A stretch of DNA of 64,000 nucleotides, taken from Candidatus Latescibacterota bacterium (GTDB lineage: Bacteria; Latescibacterota; UBA2968; GCA-2709665). The notes below the pieces were generated by a model. It worked only from the letters and a program-made list of their open reading frames with translations. It searched no databases and was not told where the DNA came from. The stretch spans positions 96,001 to 160,000 of the forward strand of contig OZ242180.1 of NCBI GenBank assembly GCA_965205485.1, read 5' to 3'. The position numbers and the translations under genes are program-made. Below are positions 12,038-21,506 of the stretch, piece after piece; positions within the stretch are counted from its first letter, which is position 1; the number at the start of each line of letters is the position of its first letter.

Positions 12038-13541
12038 CATAGTTTATTTGTATCCAGACACAAATTTGTTCATCCAATGTCGTCCCTTAGATCAACTCGA
12101 CTGGAGTGACTGGTCGGAGTTCGACCAGGTTAACCTGATTGTCTGCCGTCCAGTTCAACGGGAAATCGATTCACAGAAAAACCGCGGAAATGACAGAGCC
12201 GCCAAGCGCGCACGGAAGACCTACAGCATTTTCCGGAGAATTATCGAAAGTAACGACGAATTCTTGCAAGTATCTGATGCGAATCCAAGAGTAAGGCTTT
12301 TCTTGGAGGCGCCGAGTTTGCCAAGCTCCGACCTCAAGGATGTCCTTGATTACAACAAACCCGACGACGAAATAGTGGGGTGTTTGGATCGATTTTGCAA
12401 GGAGAAACAGGACGAGGATGCCCGGCTACTCACACATGACACTGGACCGATGATGACAGCAAAGACACACGGCCTAAAGGTCGCCGCTATCGGGGATAAA
12501 TGGCTTCTTCCACCAGAAAACAACACGAAAGAAAAAGAGAATGCCCGCCTTAAACAACGCATAACTGAGCTTGAGCAAAGAGAACCTTCATTTCGAGTTA
12601 ACTTCCTAGACGGCGATGGATTTATAGTTGACTCTCTATCCATAGTACATCCTGTCTACGATCCACTTTCGGACGATGAAATATCGTGCTTCATGAAGTC
12701 AATAAAAGGCCTGTTTCCATTGGCTTCAGAATTCGAGTCCGGTGAACGGGCTGAGACAGTCGGCGATAAACTTCAAGACCAGCTCTTGCGCATGACTGCG
12801 GTATACAGACCGGCTACGGATGAGGCTATCTCCAAGTATACCGACCAAGATTATCCCGCTTGGATTGACGAGTGCGAAGAGGCGTTTTCTCTCTTACACA
12901 GGTCGTTACAGAGTGAAATTGGCCAGCCGTCATTTGCGATTTCCATTCTCAATGATGGTGCACGTCCGGGCAAGGACGCGTTGGTTAAAATCACAGCAAG
13001 CGGAAACTTTAAGATCAGGCCGCCTCGTACAAACGACGACGAAACGGGGAGAAATAAACGAAGCAAGATATCTCTACCCCACGTACCACAGGCACCACAA
13101 GGAAAGTGGATTCGCGCAGGACTCGCGCTGAATCCGTTCGAAGATTCACTCAAAGAGATGGTAAATCTCGCAAGTATAAGCACTAATCCGTACGACTTTC
13201 GCAGCAATCTTCAAACTCCAGTTTCACTAGACTATCGGGATTTTCGGCGAGATTCGAACGCTTTCTATTACAAGCCGAAGCGTCCAAAAAAGGCACAAGA
13301 GTCATTTAGTCTTGAGTGCGAACAATGGCGACATGGGATTGGCGAGAAACGCTTCGATGGTCGAATCTTGTGCGATCAACATGTAGAATTCATTCAGGGT
13401 GAACTATCGTGCGAGGTCCATGCCGAAAACCTATCCAATCCAGTGCGAATGACAATTCCCGTAGAAATCACCATTAAAAGGGTGAGTTCGGCAGACCGTG
13501 CTCGGGCACTAATACAGGATTTGGCAGACTCAGCCCAGTGA
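12027..13541 (+). CDS. PIN-domain protein with coiled coil and uncharacterised C-terminal region
   Basis: YLYPDTN, VQREIDSQK, PDDEIV and LLTHDTG acidic PIN pattern; overlaps the hsdS end by 11 nt. Confidence 0.75.
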   Translation: MADNIVYLYPDTNLFIQCRPLDQLDWSDWSEFDQVNLIVCRPVQREIDSQKNRGNDRAAKRARKTYSIFRRIIESNDEFLQVSDANPRVRLFLEAPSLPSSDLKDVLDYNKPDDEIVGCLDRFCKEKQDEDARLLTHDTGPMMTAKTHGLKVAAIGDKWLLPPENNTKEKENARLKQRITELEQREPSFRVNFLDGDGFIVDSLSIVHPVYDPLSDDEISCFMKSIKGLFPLASEFESGERAETVGDKLQDQLLRMTAVYRPATDEAISKYTDQDYPAWIDECEEAFSLLHRSLQSEIGQPSFAISILNDGARPGKDALVKITASGNFKIRPPRTNDDETGRNKRSKISLPHVPQAPQGKWIRAGLALNPFEDSLKEMVNLASISTNPYDFRSNLQTPVSLDYRDFRRDSNAFYYKPKRPKKAQESFSLECEQWRHGIGEKRFDGRILCDQHVEFIQGELSCEVHAENLSNPVRMTIPVEITIKRVSSADRARALIQDLADSAQ

Positions 13542-13588
13542 GCTTGATCGGACGCATACCACAACATTCTGACTTGCCCTGAGGAACA

Positions 13589-14946
13589 ATGCCACGAAAA
13601 AACACGATTAATCGTCCCATTCCCATTCAAAAAACCACCATTTGCCTACTCTTGGAGACGAGGTCCGTGAAGGCTCCTGCTGAAGTAATCCTTCAACTAT
13701 TGCCAAGGCCGCGAGTGATCATTGAGTTCAAGTTAGAGCCAATTGATTACGAAGCCTCGAACGAGATGCGGTCGAAACAGTGTATGCGGATCCATTTAGA
13801 CGGAGGCCCGAGTATAGATGTATTGGTCGGAGATAGGTGGTTCATTACCAGCTAGAAAATATCCAATTTTCTTGTCCCCATTGAGCAGCCGGTAACCGTT
13901 GTTAACGAAAACACTCCAATTAACAGGTGTAAGTTTGCCTTAATCAACTTTCCAAGTATCTGGGGAAAGCAGGATATCACTGAGAAACTCGGTGATAGGA
14001 ACTATGATGTGACACAACATTTAATCTTGCCAGCCGTCCCTTGGTCGATTGAGATTACGGCCGTAGATTCGTTGATGGTTATCGACCACAAGATGAAACT
14101 GGACGGCGGGTCGGCTATCACTCATTTGGGGTCCATCCGGCAGCTGAATGGCCAAGACTTCCGCGTAAGGGAACTCGAACTCCTGGTGGAGGGACTACAT
14201 CTGTTCCTCTCCTTTGCGCGCGGCTCGTATTGCGGCTTGGCGTTCCTCTCAGCACGAAATTCAAATGACAAACGAGTCTGGCAGCAATGGGGTACTCGTA
14301 GAGTGGATCCGTGGCATCGAGAGTTACCGACTTGGGTCTGCGGTCTCCAAAGTGAGATGTTAACCCCGGTTTTTGAGGGTTTTTGGAGGCGCTTTACTGA
14401 CCGAAGATGGAATAGAGCAATCGCAAATGTGATCCACTGGTATTTGAGAAGTAATGCAAGCGATTTGCCCGAAGTTGGTATAGTACTCACCCAATCTGCA
14501 CTTGAACGATTGTGCTTTGAGACGATTGGCCGTAAATCTAACACGGAAAATTCAGGAGACTGGATAGCCAAGGCTCTGGAAAACTTGGGAATCGAACATC
14601 AAATTCCCCAAGATTGCGGAAATTTGGTTAAACTCGGCAGACAGTTTAATTGGACCCACGGGCCACACGCCATAGTCGATTTACGTAATGACTTGATCCA
14701 CCCTGAAGATCGACATCCCCGCTTGTCACAATCCGTCTATAATGAGGCCTGGGACTTGGGACTGCGCTACATCGCTGGCCAACGGCGCCCCTGATATCGG
14801 CAACCGATCACAGGCCGCCTTGAACGCAGTTGATGTTGCTAAATCTCTTTGGACATACAGGGCAGCATATGAACCGATTGATGCGTGAACAAGGGTATGG
14901 TGCGGCGGTGGAAGTTGTACCTTGGGTTGTGGCGGGAGAGCCATAA
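13589..14946 (+). pseudogene. Disrupted HEPN-domain (ApeA-like) gene
   Basis: ORFs 13589-13855 and 14009-14794 share a frame, split by one TAG at 13853; RNDLIH (Rx4H) motif; a probable C-terminus QLMLLNLFGHTGQHMNRL...VEVVPW resumes at 14827 after a 53 bp insert. Confidence 0.65.
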
Positions 14947-15058
14947 GCCAAATCACCTTTGCCAATGCACTCTCCAGATTCCTGGCGTGTGAGAATCTGC
15001 GAGGCGATTCTCGTACAGGTGCCGGCTACAGCTGGATGACATTATCGGAGGATGCACA

Positions 15059-16024
15059 ATGAACGTCTGGGTTATCCGAGCGGACTTCGGGGTTTTTACA
15101 CCCCATTTTCTGGCGGGTGGATACGTCGCACTTGGAGGCATACCGAACCAAGATCTGTCAGCGATAAAGAACCGTGACGAGCTGTATCCGATCTATCGAG
15201 AGACGCATCCGGACGACAAAAGCAATATCGTCGTCGGTCAGCAAGTGGGTCAGTTTGCGCGGTTTCTGCTGGAAATCAAACCGGGAGACTATGTAATCAC
15301 GCCGCCCAAAGACACGGAATGGCTGCATTATGGCAAGGTTGCAGTCGACCCGTACTACTTTTTTGAAGAGAACGACGGATGCCCATATCAACACCGGCGC
15401 AAAATCGAGTGGGCCGAGCGACGCGTGAAGCGATCGGAATTCTCAATTCCATTTCAGAATACGATTCGCTCTTCGTTGACTGTGTTTTACGTGTCACATG
15501 GACAGGAGTTTCTCACAAGAATTGGAGTACTCAATGGCGAATCCAAGCCGGGGCCTGGATCAGAAGATCCGTATCGGGTGGTCCTCAATCAGATTCTCGA
15601 ACTTGATGCCGGCGAATTCGAGATCCTGGTTGGACACCTTCTGACGGCCCTCGGATTTGAAGGTTCCGAGGTCGTTGGCAAACCGGGCGACGGTGGCGTA
15701 GATGTCACCGGCGAGTTAAACGCATCGAACCTGGCTACGATAAGTGTTTTCGTTCAAGCGAAGCGATACAGCTTGCAATACAAAGTCTCGGCGAAAATTG
15801 TAAAGCAACTTCGCCAAGCTATTCCGTTTGGTGGTCAAGGTGCATTTATCACCACTGCGGATTATCAGGCCAATGCTAGAGAAGTGGCGGTTGAGGAAGG
15901 CTTTCCGCGCATAGGCCTGATTAACGGCCATCAGTTGGTCGACCTACTTGTCGAGCATTGGGGTTCCATTCCTGAGGAATTCCGAGACAGGCTGGGACTC
16001 AGACCAGGTTTAGTTCGTGTATGA
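15059..16024 (+). CDS. Mrr-like type IV restriction endonuclease
   Basis: C-terminal Mrr catalytic pattern FEILVGHLL...GDGGVDV...VQAKRY...INGHQLVDLL; GGAGG RBS. Confidence 0.85.
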   Translation: MNVWVIRADFGVFTPHFLAGGYVALGGIPNQDLSAIKNRDELYPIYRETHPDDKSNIVVGQQVGQFARFLLEIKPGDYVITPPKDTEWLHYGKVAVDPYYFFEENDGCPYQHRRKIEWAERRVKRSEFSIPFQNTIRSSLTVFYVSHGQEFLTRIGVLNGESKPGPGSEDPYRVVLNQILELDAGEFEILVGHLLTALGFEGSEVVGKPGDGGVDVTGELNASNLATISVFVQAKRYSLQYKVSAKIVKQLRQAIPFGGQGAFITTADYQANAREVAVEEGFPRIGLINGHQLVDLLVEHWGSIPEEFRDRLGLRPGLVRV

Positions 16025-16188
16025 ACGACAACTCCAAGGGGGCGAATCTCCACTCTCCGTTTATCCAATGCGATATCTCGTTTACGAGATTCTCTCTTGC
16101 CGAAGTTGTTGTCCAGGTATATGCAGGTGAGGGTTCGCTGCAATCGGACGCAGAATAGACAACCGACATTTTATCGGAGGTTAGAGTT

Positions 16189-16578
16189 ATGGCCACCAAG
16201 CGCGCATTTATCAGCTTTGACTTCGACCATGATGAAGACCTGCGTGTCCTACTCGTTGGTCAGGCGAAGAATCCAGATTCACCTTTTCATATACTCGACT
16301 GGTCCGTAAAGGAACCCTTTACTGGAAATTGGAAAGATAAGGTCCGTCAACGCATTCGCAGAACCGACCTCACAATTGTGATCTGCGGCAGATACACCCA
16401 TACAGCAACTGGTGTCGCAACGGAGCTATCAATCACACGAGACGAGGGTAATCCGTATTTCTTGCTGAGCGGTCGTACTAGTACGACGGGGAGAAAACCG
16501 ACGTCTGCCTTCAGTTCAGACAAGATATACAATTGGACGTGGGACAACCTCAAGCTGCTGATCGCAGGGCGGAGATAA
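16189..16578 (+). CDS. TIR-like protein (DUF1863/ThsB-like), copy 1
   Basis: RAFISFDFDHD, IVICG and GVATE (putative catalytic Glu79); GGAGG RBS. Confidence 0.85.
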   Translation: MATKRAFISFDFDHDEDLRVLLVGQAKNPDSPFHILDWSVKEPFTGNWKDKVRQRIRRTDLTIVICGRYTHTATGVATELSITRDEGNPYFLLSGRTSTTGRKPTSAFSSDKIYNWTWDNLKLLIAGRR

Positions 16579-16581
16579 GAT

Positions 16582-17106
16582 ATGGATAAAGAGCAGCGAA
16601 ATCGACTATTCAACTTCACAAAGGAAACCTACGAGGGTTCCTTCAAGCCAGACCTGCTTGAGCAGTACAAGCTGTACGTGCAGTCTGTCGACAACGTCAG
16701 TGCCCGACGGATCGGGTCTAGCAGGTATCTCTTGACCGTAAACGCCGCTCTAATTGCCTTGTACGGCTTCCAATCGGCGAATACAGGTCAAATATTCTTG
16801 ATGGTTCTTGTTGCCATTGCCGGGATCGTTGTCTCGCTGCTTTCTTACAATATCATCAAATCACATAGCGATCTGAACGCGGTTAAATTTAAAGTGATCG
16901 ACGAACTCGAGCAGCAATTGCCCGCAGCTCCCAATGATTACGAGTGGCAGTTGCCGAAGGAAGGAGACAGCAAGGTGTACCGTTCTGTGTCGCAAATCGA
17001 ATTTAGGATTCCGACTGTGTTTCCATTTTTGATCCTTGTCGCCCGATCCGTGTGGATAAGCGTCTTTCGAAGAAAATCTTGCACACGGGTAGCGTATATG
17101 TTCTGA
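16582..17106 (+). CDS. Small membrane protein (2-3 TM), TIR partner copy 1
   Basis: [19 protein letters not shown] helix, two hydrophobic helices, LNAVKFKVIDELE, YEW; starts 3 nt after the TIR stop. Confidence 0.75.
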   Translation: MDKEQRNRLFNFTKETYEGSFKPDLLEQYKLYVQSVDNVSARRIGSSRYLLTVNAALIALYGFQSANTGQIFLMVLVAIAGIVVSLLSYNIIKSHSDLNAVKFKVIDELEQQLPAAPNDYEWQLPKEGDSKVYRSVSQIEFRIPTVFPFLILVARSVWISVFRRKSCTRVAYMF

Positions 17107-17227
17107 ATTCTACTGATTGCAACACTCGACGAAGCCATCAATCGATACGGCGTCGAAATACATTGTCGTCAGAATCAATAATTCGGTGCGTCCAAAGCGC
17201 GAAAGTTACGTGCGGCCTTTGAAAAGG

Positions 17228-17410
17228 ATACCGTTTACCGAAGCCGATGTTGGGCAGGCAACCCAAAAAACGGGTTTCGGATTTCGCTTAGCAGGTCTTG
17301 CACGGTTCGAACTCCGCACCTGAAATGCCGAATGCCGAGGGAGACAAGTGCGGGCAAGTCGTGCCTAACCGCAGGCTTCGCGATGCAAGCGCCGAGATCA
17401 AACCTACCAC
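17228..17410 (+). pseudogene. Decayed second copy of the hsdR 5' end
   Basis: Reads PFTEADVGQA...*QVLHGSNSAPEMPNAEGDKCGQVVPNRRLRDASAE, which aligns with hsd[37 protein letters not shown] at 18335-18470. Confidence 0.75.
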
Positions 17411-17459
17411 CTGCCTGAAATGGCAGAACCAAACACCTACCGTCGAATAGGAGGTACCG

Positions 17460-17849
17460 ATGGCGACGAGGAGAGCGTTTATCAGTTTCGACTACGACCA
17501 CGACAATGACCTTCGGGGCGACTTAGTCGCCCAAGCCTCGAATTCCGACTCGCCTTTCAGTATCACAGACTTTTCGGTGAAGGCGCCGATAGACGAGAAA
17601 TGGAAAAGAGAGGTTCGCGAGCTAATTCGAAGCGCCGACCTTGTGATTGTTATCTGTGGAGAACACACCCACGATGCGGCGGGTGTGGCAGCCGAAGTGA
17701 CTATTGCTCGGGAGGAGGGCAAGCGATATTTCCTGCTGAAGGGACGCAGAGAAAAGACTTGTACAAAACCCAGAAACACTCGCACGGACGACGAAATGCA
17801 CAAGTGGACCTGGTGGAATCTGAAGAATCTGATTGAAGGCGCGAGATAG
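17460..17849 (+). CDS. TIR-like protein (DUF1863/ThsB-like), copy 2
   Basis: 129 aa, ungapped alignment with copy 1 (about 75/129 identical by hand count); GVAAE Glu79 retained; AGGAGG RBS. Confidence 0.85.
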   Translation: MATRRAFISFDYDHDNDLRGDLVAQASNSDSPFSITDFSVKAPIDEKWKREVRELIRSADLVIVICGEHTHDAAGVAAEVTIAREEGKRYFLLKGRREKTCTKPRNTRTDDEMHKWTWWNLKNLIEGAR

Positions 17850-17853
17850 ACCG

Positions 17854-18342
17854 ATGCCCGAACAGCCAGTTAAGCGCTTGATCCATCATACAAATGAAAC
17901 TTACAGTGGCTCTTATTGTACGGATCTATTGGAACAGTACAAGCTCTACGTGCACTCTGCCGAAAACGTGAGTGCACGTCGAGTCGCTTCGAGCCGGTAC
18001 CTACTGACCCTAAACTCCGCCATCATTGCACTCTACGGACTTCAGTTTGCGGGTTCGGAGGGAAGCATTTTGGCACTGCTTATTCCGATCATGGGTATAC
18101 CGGTATCGATAATGTGGTATATGATTATCAAGTCCCACACGGATCTGAACCGCGTGAAGTTTCGTGTGATTCACGAATTCGAGGAGCATCTCCCGGCAGC
18201 GATGTACAAGTATGAGTGGCGATTAGCTGATGAAGGAAAAGGCAAGACTTATCGGGCAGTAACGACCATTGAACAATGGATCCCCTTCCTTTTCGGTGCA
18301 TTGCATGTGGCTCTGGCGACAATGCTTGTCCTTAGCCCTTGA
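17854..18342 (+). CDS. Small membrane protein (2-3 TM), TIR partner copy 2
   Basis: [35 protein letters not shown]; paralogue of 16582-17106; its 3' end overlaps hsdR-like sequence. Confidence 0.75.
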   Translation: MPEQPVKRLIHHTNETYSGSYCTDLLEQYKLYVHSAENVSARRVASSRYLLTLNSAIIALYGLQFAGSEGSILALLIPIMGIPVSIMWYMIIKSHTDLNRVKFRVIHEFEEHLPAAMYKYEWRLADEGKGKTYRAVTTIEQWIPFLFGALHVALATMLVLSP

Positions 18343-21300
18343 GTGGCTTTCGGGTCTCGGTTGGCAGGTTATCCATGGTCCGGACATCGCGCCGGAGATG
18401 CCGACTGCCGAGCGAGACGACTACGGGCAGGTCGTGCTCGACCAGCAGGCTTCGTGACGCCCTCGCCGAATTGAATCCATCCCTTCCCCCATCCGCCTTG
18501 GACGATGCCTACCGAAAGCTGACCCGTCCCGAAGGTTCCACCCTCGAAGCCCGAAATCGCACGTTTCACCGGATGCTCGTGGACGGCGTGGAAGTCGAGT
18601 ATCGAGATACGAAGATGGACGCGTGCGCGGCGATCAGGTTCGCGTCATCGATTTCGACAATCCCGATACAAAACGACTGGTTGGCGGTCAATCAGTTCAC
18701 GGTCACGGAGAACAAGAACAACCGCAGGCCGGACGTCGTGTTGTTTGTCAACGGTCTTCCCCTCGGCTTGATCGAACTGAAGAATCCAGCGGACGAGGAC
18801 GCCACGATCTGGACGGCGTGGAACCAACTCCAGACGTATAAGGCCGAACTGCCTTCGCTGTTTTCGATGAACGAAGTGCTCATGGTGTCGGACGGGACGG
18901 AAGCGCGCATCGGAACGCTGACATCGGGAAAGGAGTGGTTCAAGCCCTGGCGCACGGTTGCCGGGGAGGAACCGGCCGACCGGCTCTTGACCGAACTCCA
19001 GGTGATGCTCGAAGGCGTCTTTAATAGAGGTCGTTTCCTGGCACTTGTACGCGACTTCGTTGTTTTCGATGACGACGGCAGCGGCGCGCTGGAGAAGAAG
19101 ATGGCCGGCTACCATCAGTTTCACGCTGTCAGGGCCGCCGTCGATGAAACGCTTCGCGCAACGGAACTTCAGCTAGCGACGCCAAAAGCAGCCGAAGCAG
19201 GGCCTCTCTATACCGGTCAGACGAAGCCGGGCGGAGATCCCGGCGACCGGCGCGTGGGAGTCGTGTGGCACACCCAGGGGTCGGGCAAGAGCCTTACAAT
19301 GGCCTTCTACACGGGGGCGATCATCCGTGAGCAGGCGATGCAGAACCCGACGATCGTGGTTCTTACGGACCGAAACGATCTGGACGACCAGCTTTACGGT
19401 ACGTTCTCCCGCTGCCAAGACCTGTTGCGGCAGCCGCCGACACAGGCGGAGAGCCGGGCCGACTTGAGAAACAAGCTGTCGGTGAACGCCGGGGGTGTGG
19501 TCTTCACGACCATCCAGAAGTTCTTCCCGGAAGAGAAGGGCGATACCCACCCTCAGTTATCCGACAGGCGCAACATCGTGGTCATCGCGGACGAGGCCCA
19601 CCGGAGCCAGTACGACTTCATAGACGGGTTCGCCGCTCACATGCGAGACGCGCTGCCCAATGCCTCTTTCGTTGGATTCACGGGAACGCCGATAGAACTC
19701 CGCGACGCCAACACACGGGCCGTGTTTGGCGACTACATCAGCATCTACGACATCCAGCGCGCCGTTCAGGACGGGGCCACGGTGCCGATCTATTACGAGA
19801 GCCGCCTGGCCAAGCTGGCCCTGGACGAACGCGAAAAGCCGAAGATCGATCCGGAATTCGAGGAAGCCACAGAGGGCGAGGAGGTTGAGCGCCGGGAGAA
19901 GCTGAAGACGAAAGTGGGCGCAACTGGAGGCAGTGGTCGGCGCGGAAAACCGCGTCCGGCAGATTGCCGAGGATATTGTGGACCACTATGAGCAGCGGCT
20001 GGAGGTCCTGGATGGCAAGGCGATGTTGGTCTGCATGAGCCGGCGTATCTGCATCGACCTCTACCGCGAATTGGTCCAACTGCGGCCCGACTGGCACGAT
20101 GACGCTGACGAAAAGGGAGCCATCAAGGTGGTGATGACCGGCTCCGCTTCCGACCCGTCGATTGGCAGCCTCACATACGAAACAAGCCGCGCCGGGAAGC
20201 CCTGGCAAAACGCTTCAGAGATGCTGACGATCCCCTGCAGGTCGTGCTGGTGAGGGACATGTGGCTGACGGGGTTCGACGCGCCCAGCCTGCATACGATG
20301 TACGTGGACAAGCCGATGCGGGGCCACGGTCTGATGCAGGCCATCGCCCGGGTGAACCGGGTGTTCAAGGACAAGCCCGGCGGGCTGGTGGTGGACTACC
20401 TCGGATTGTCGCAGGATTTGCGACAAGCGCTGGCTACGTACACCGAGAGCGGCGGCACTGGCAGTACGGCTGTGGACAAGAAGGAAGCCGTGGCGGTCAT
20501 GCTGGAGAAGTACGAGGTGTGTAGCGGGCTGTTTCATGGTTTCGACCGGACGGCATGGACAAGGGGTACTCCGCAGGAGCGATTGAATCTGCTGCCCGCT
20601 GCACAGGAACACATCCTCGCCCAGGAAGACGGCAAAGAGCGCTGCCTGAACGCGGTGCGAGCGCTGTCTCAGGCCTTCGCACTCGCCGTGCCACACGACG
20701 AAACGACGCGCATCAGGGACGACGTGGCGTTCTTTCAGGCGGTGGCGGCCGCCATATCGAAGCGCTCCGCATCTGAGAAGCGGACCGAGGAAGAGTTGGA
20801 CCACGCTGTGCGGCAGATCGTATCCAGCGCGGTCGCCTCAGAGGGCGTGATGGACATCTTTGCCGCCGCTGGACTGGACAAGCCGGATATTTCGGTATTA
20901 TCGGACGATTTTCTCGCCGAGGTCCGGGGTATGGAGCACCGCAACCTGGCCGTGGAATTGCTGCAGAAACTGCTAAAGGGCGAAGTCTCCATCCGTCGGC
21001 GCAAGAACGTCGTTCAAGCCCGGTCCTTTGCCGAGATGCTGGAGCAGACCCTGCGGCGTTATCAGAACCGTGCGATAGAGGCGGCGCAGGTGATCGAGGA
21101 ACTGATTGAACTGGCGAAAGAAATGCGGGAGGCAAACGAGCGGGGCGAACGGCTGGGGCTGTCGGAGGACGAGTTGGCCTTCTACGACGCCCTTGAGACG
21201 AACGACAGCGCGGTGAAGGTTCTCGGCGACGAGACCCTGCGCGACATCGCGCGACAACTCGTCGAGACGGTCCGCGGAAACGTGACCATCGACTGGACCC

Positions 21301-21446
21301 TGCGGGAGAACGTCCGCGCAAACCTCCGCCGCCTTGTCAGGCGCATCCTTCGCAAGCACGGCTACCCGCCAGATAAGCAGGAAAAGGCGACGCAGACAGT
21401 AATCGAGCAGGCGGAAGCGCTTTCGGCGGGTTGGGCGGTGGCGTGA
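18335..21446 (+). pseudogene. hsdR: Type I restriction subunit HsdR: no visible start codon and ~5 frameshifts (real or sequencing error)
   Basis: [41 protein letters not shown] and MWLTGFDAP spread across frames; shifts near 18446, 18608, 18670, 19912 and 20155. Confidence 0.9.
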
Positions 21447-21506
21447 GGTAAACTGGCGGACATCCAAACCCCTGCTCAGGAAATTTTGACATTGACGGAG
21501 GAAGTA

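Noticed and set aside
13853..13855. Programmed amber read-through (pyrrolysine or recoding) in the HEPN gene
   Set aside because: Neighbouring genes use TAG as a normal stop (e.g. 17847-17849, 24027-24029), no pyl genes are seen, and the gene has a second lesion.
18335..21446. Programmed frameshifting or phase variation of hsdR
   Set aside because: Five scattered shifts in short or non-repetitive contexts, with no long simple-sequence tract or slippery heptamer.
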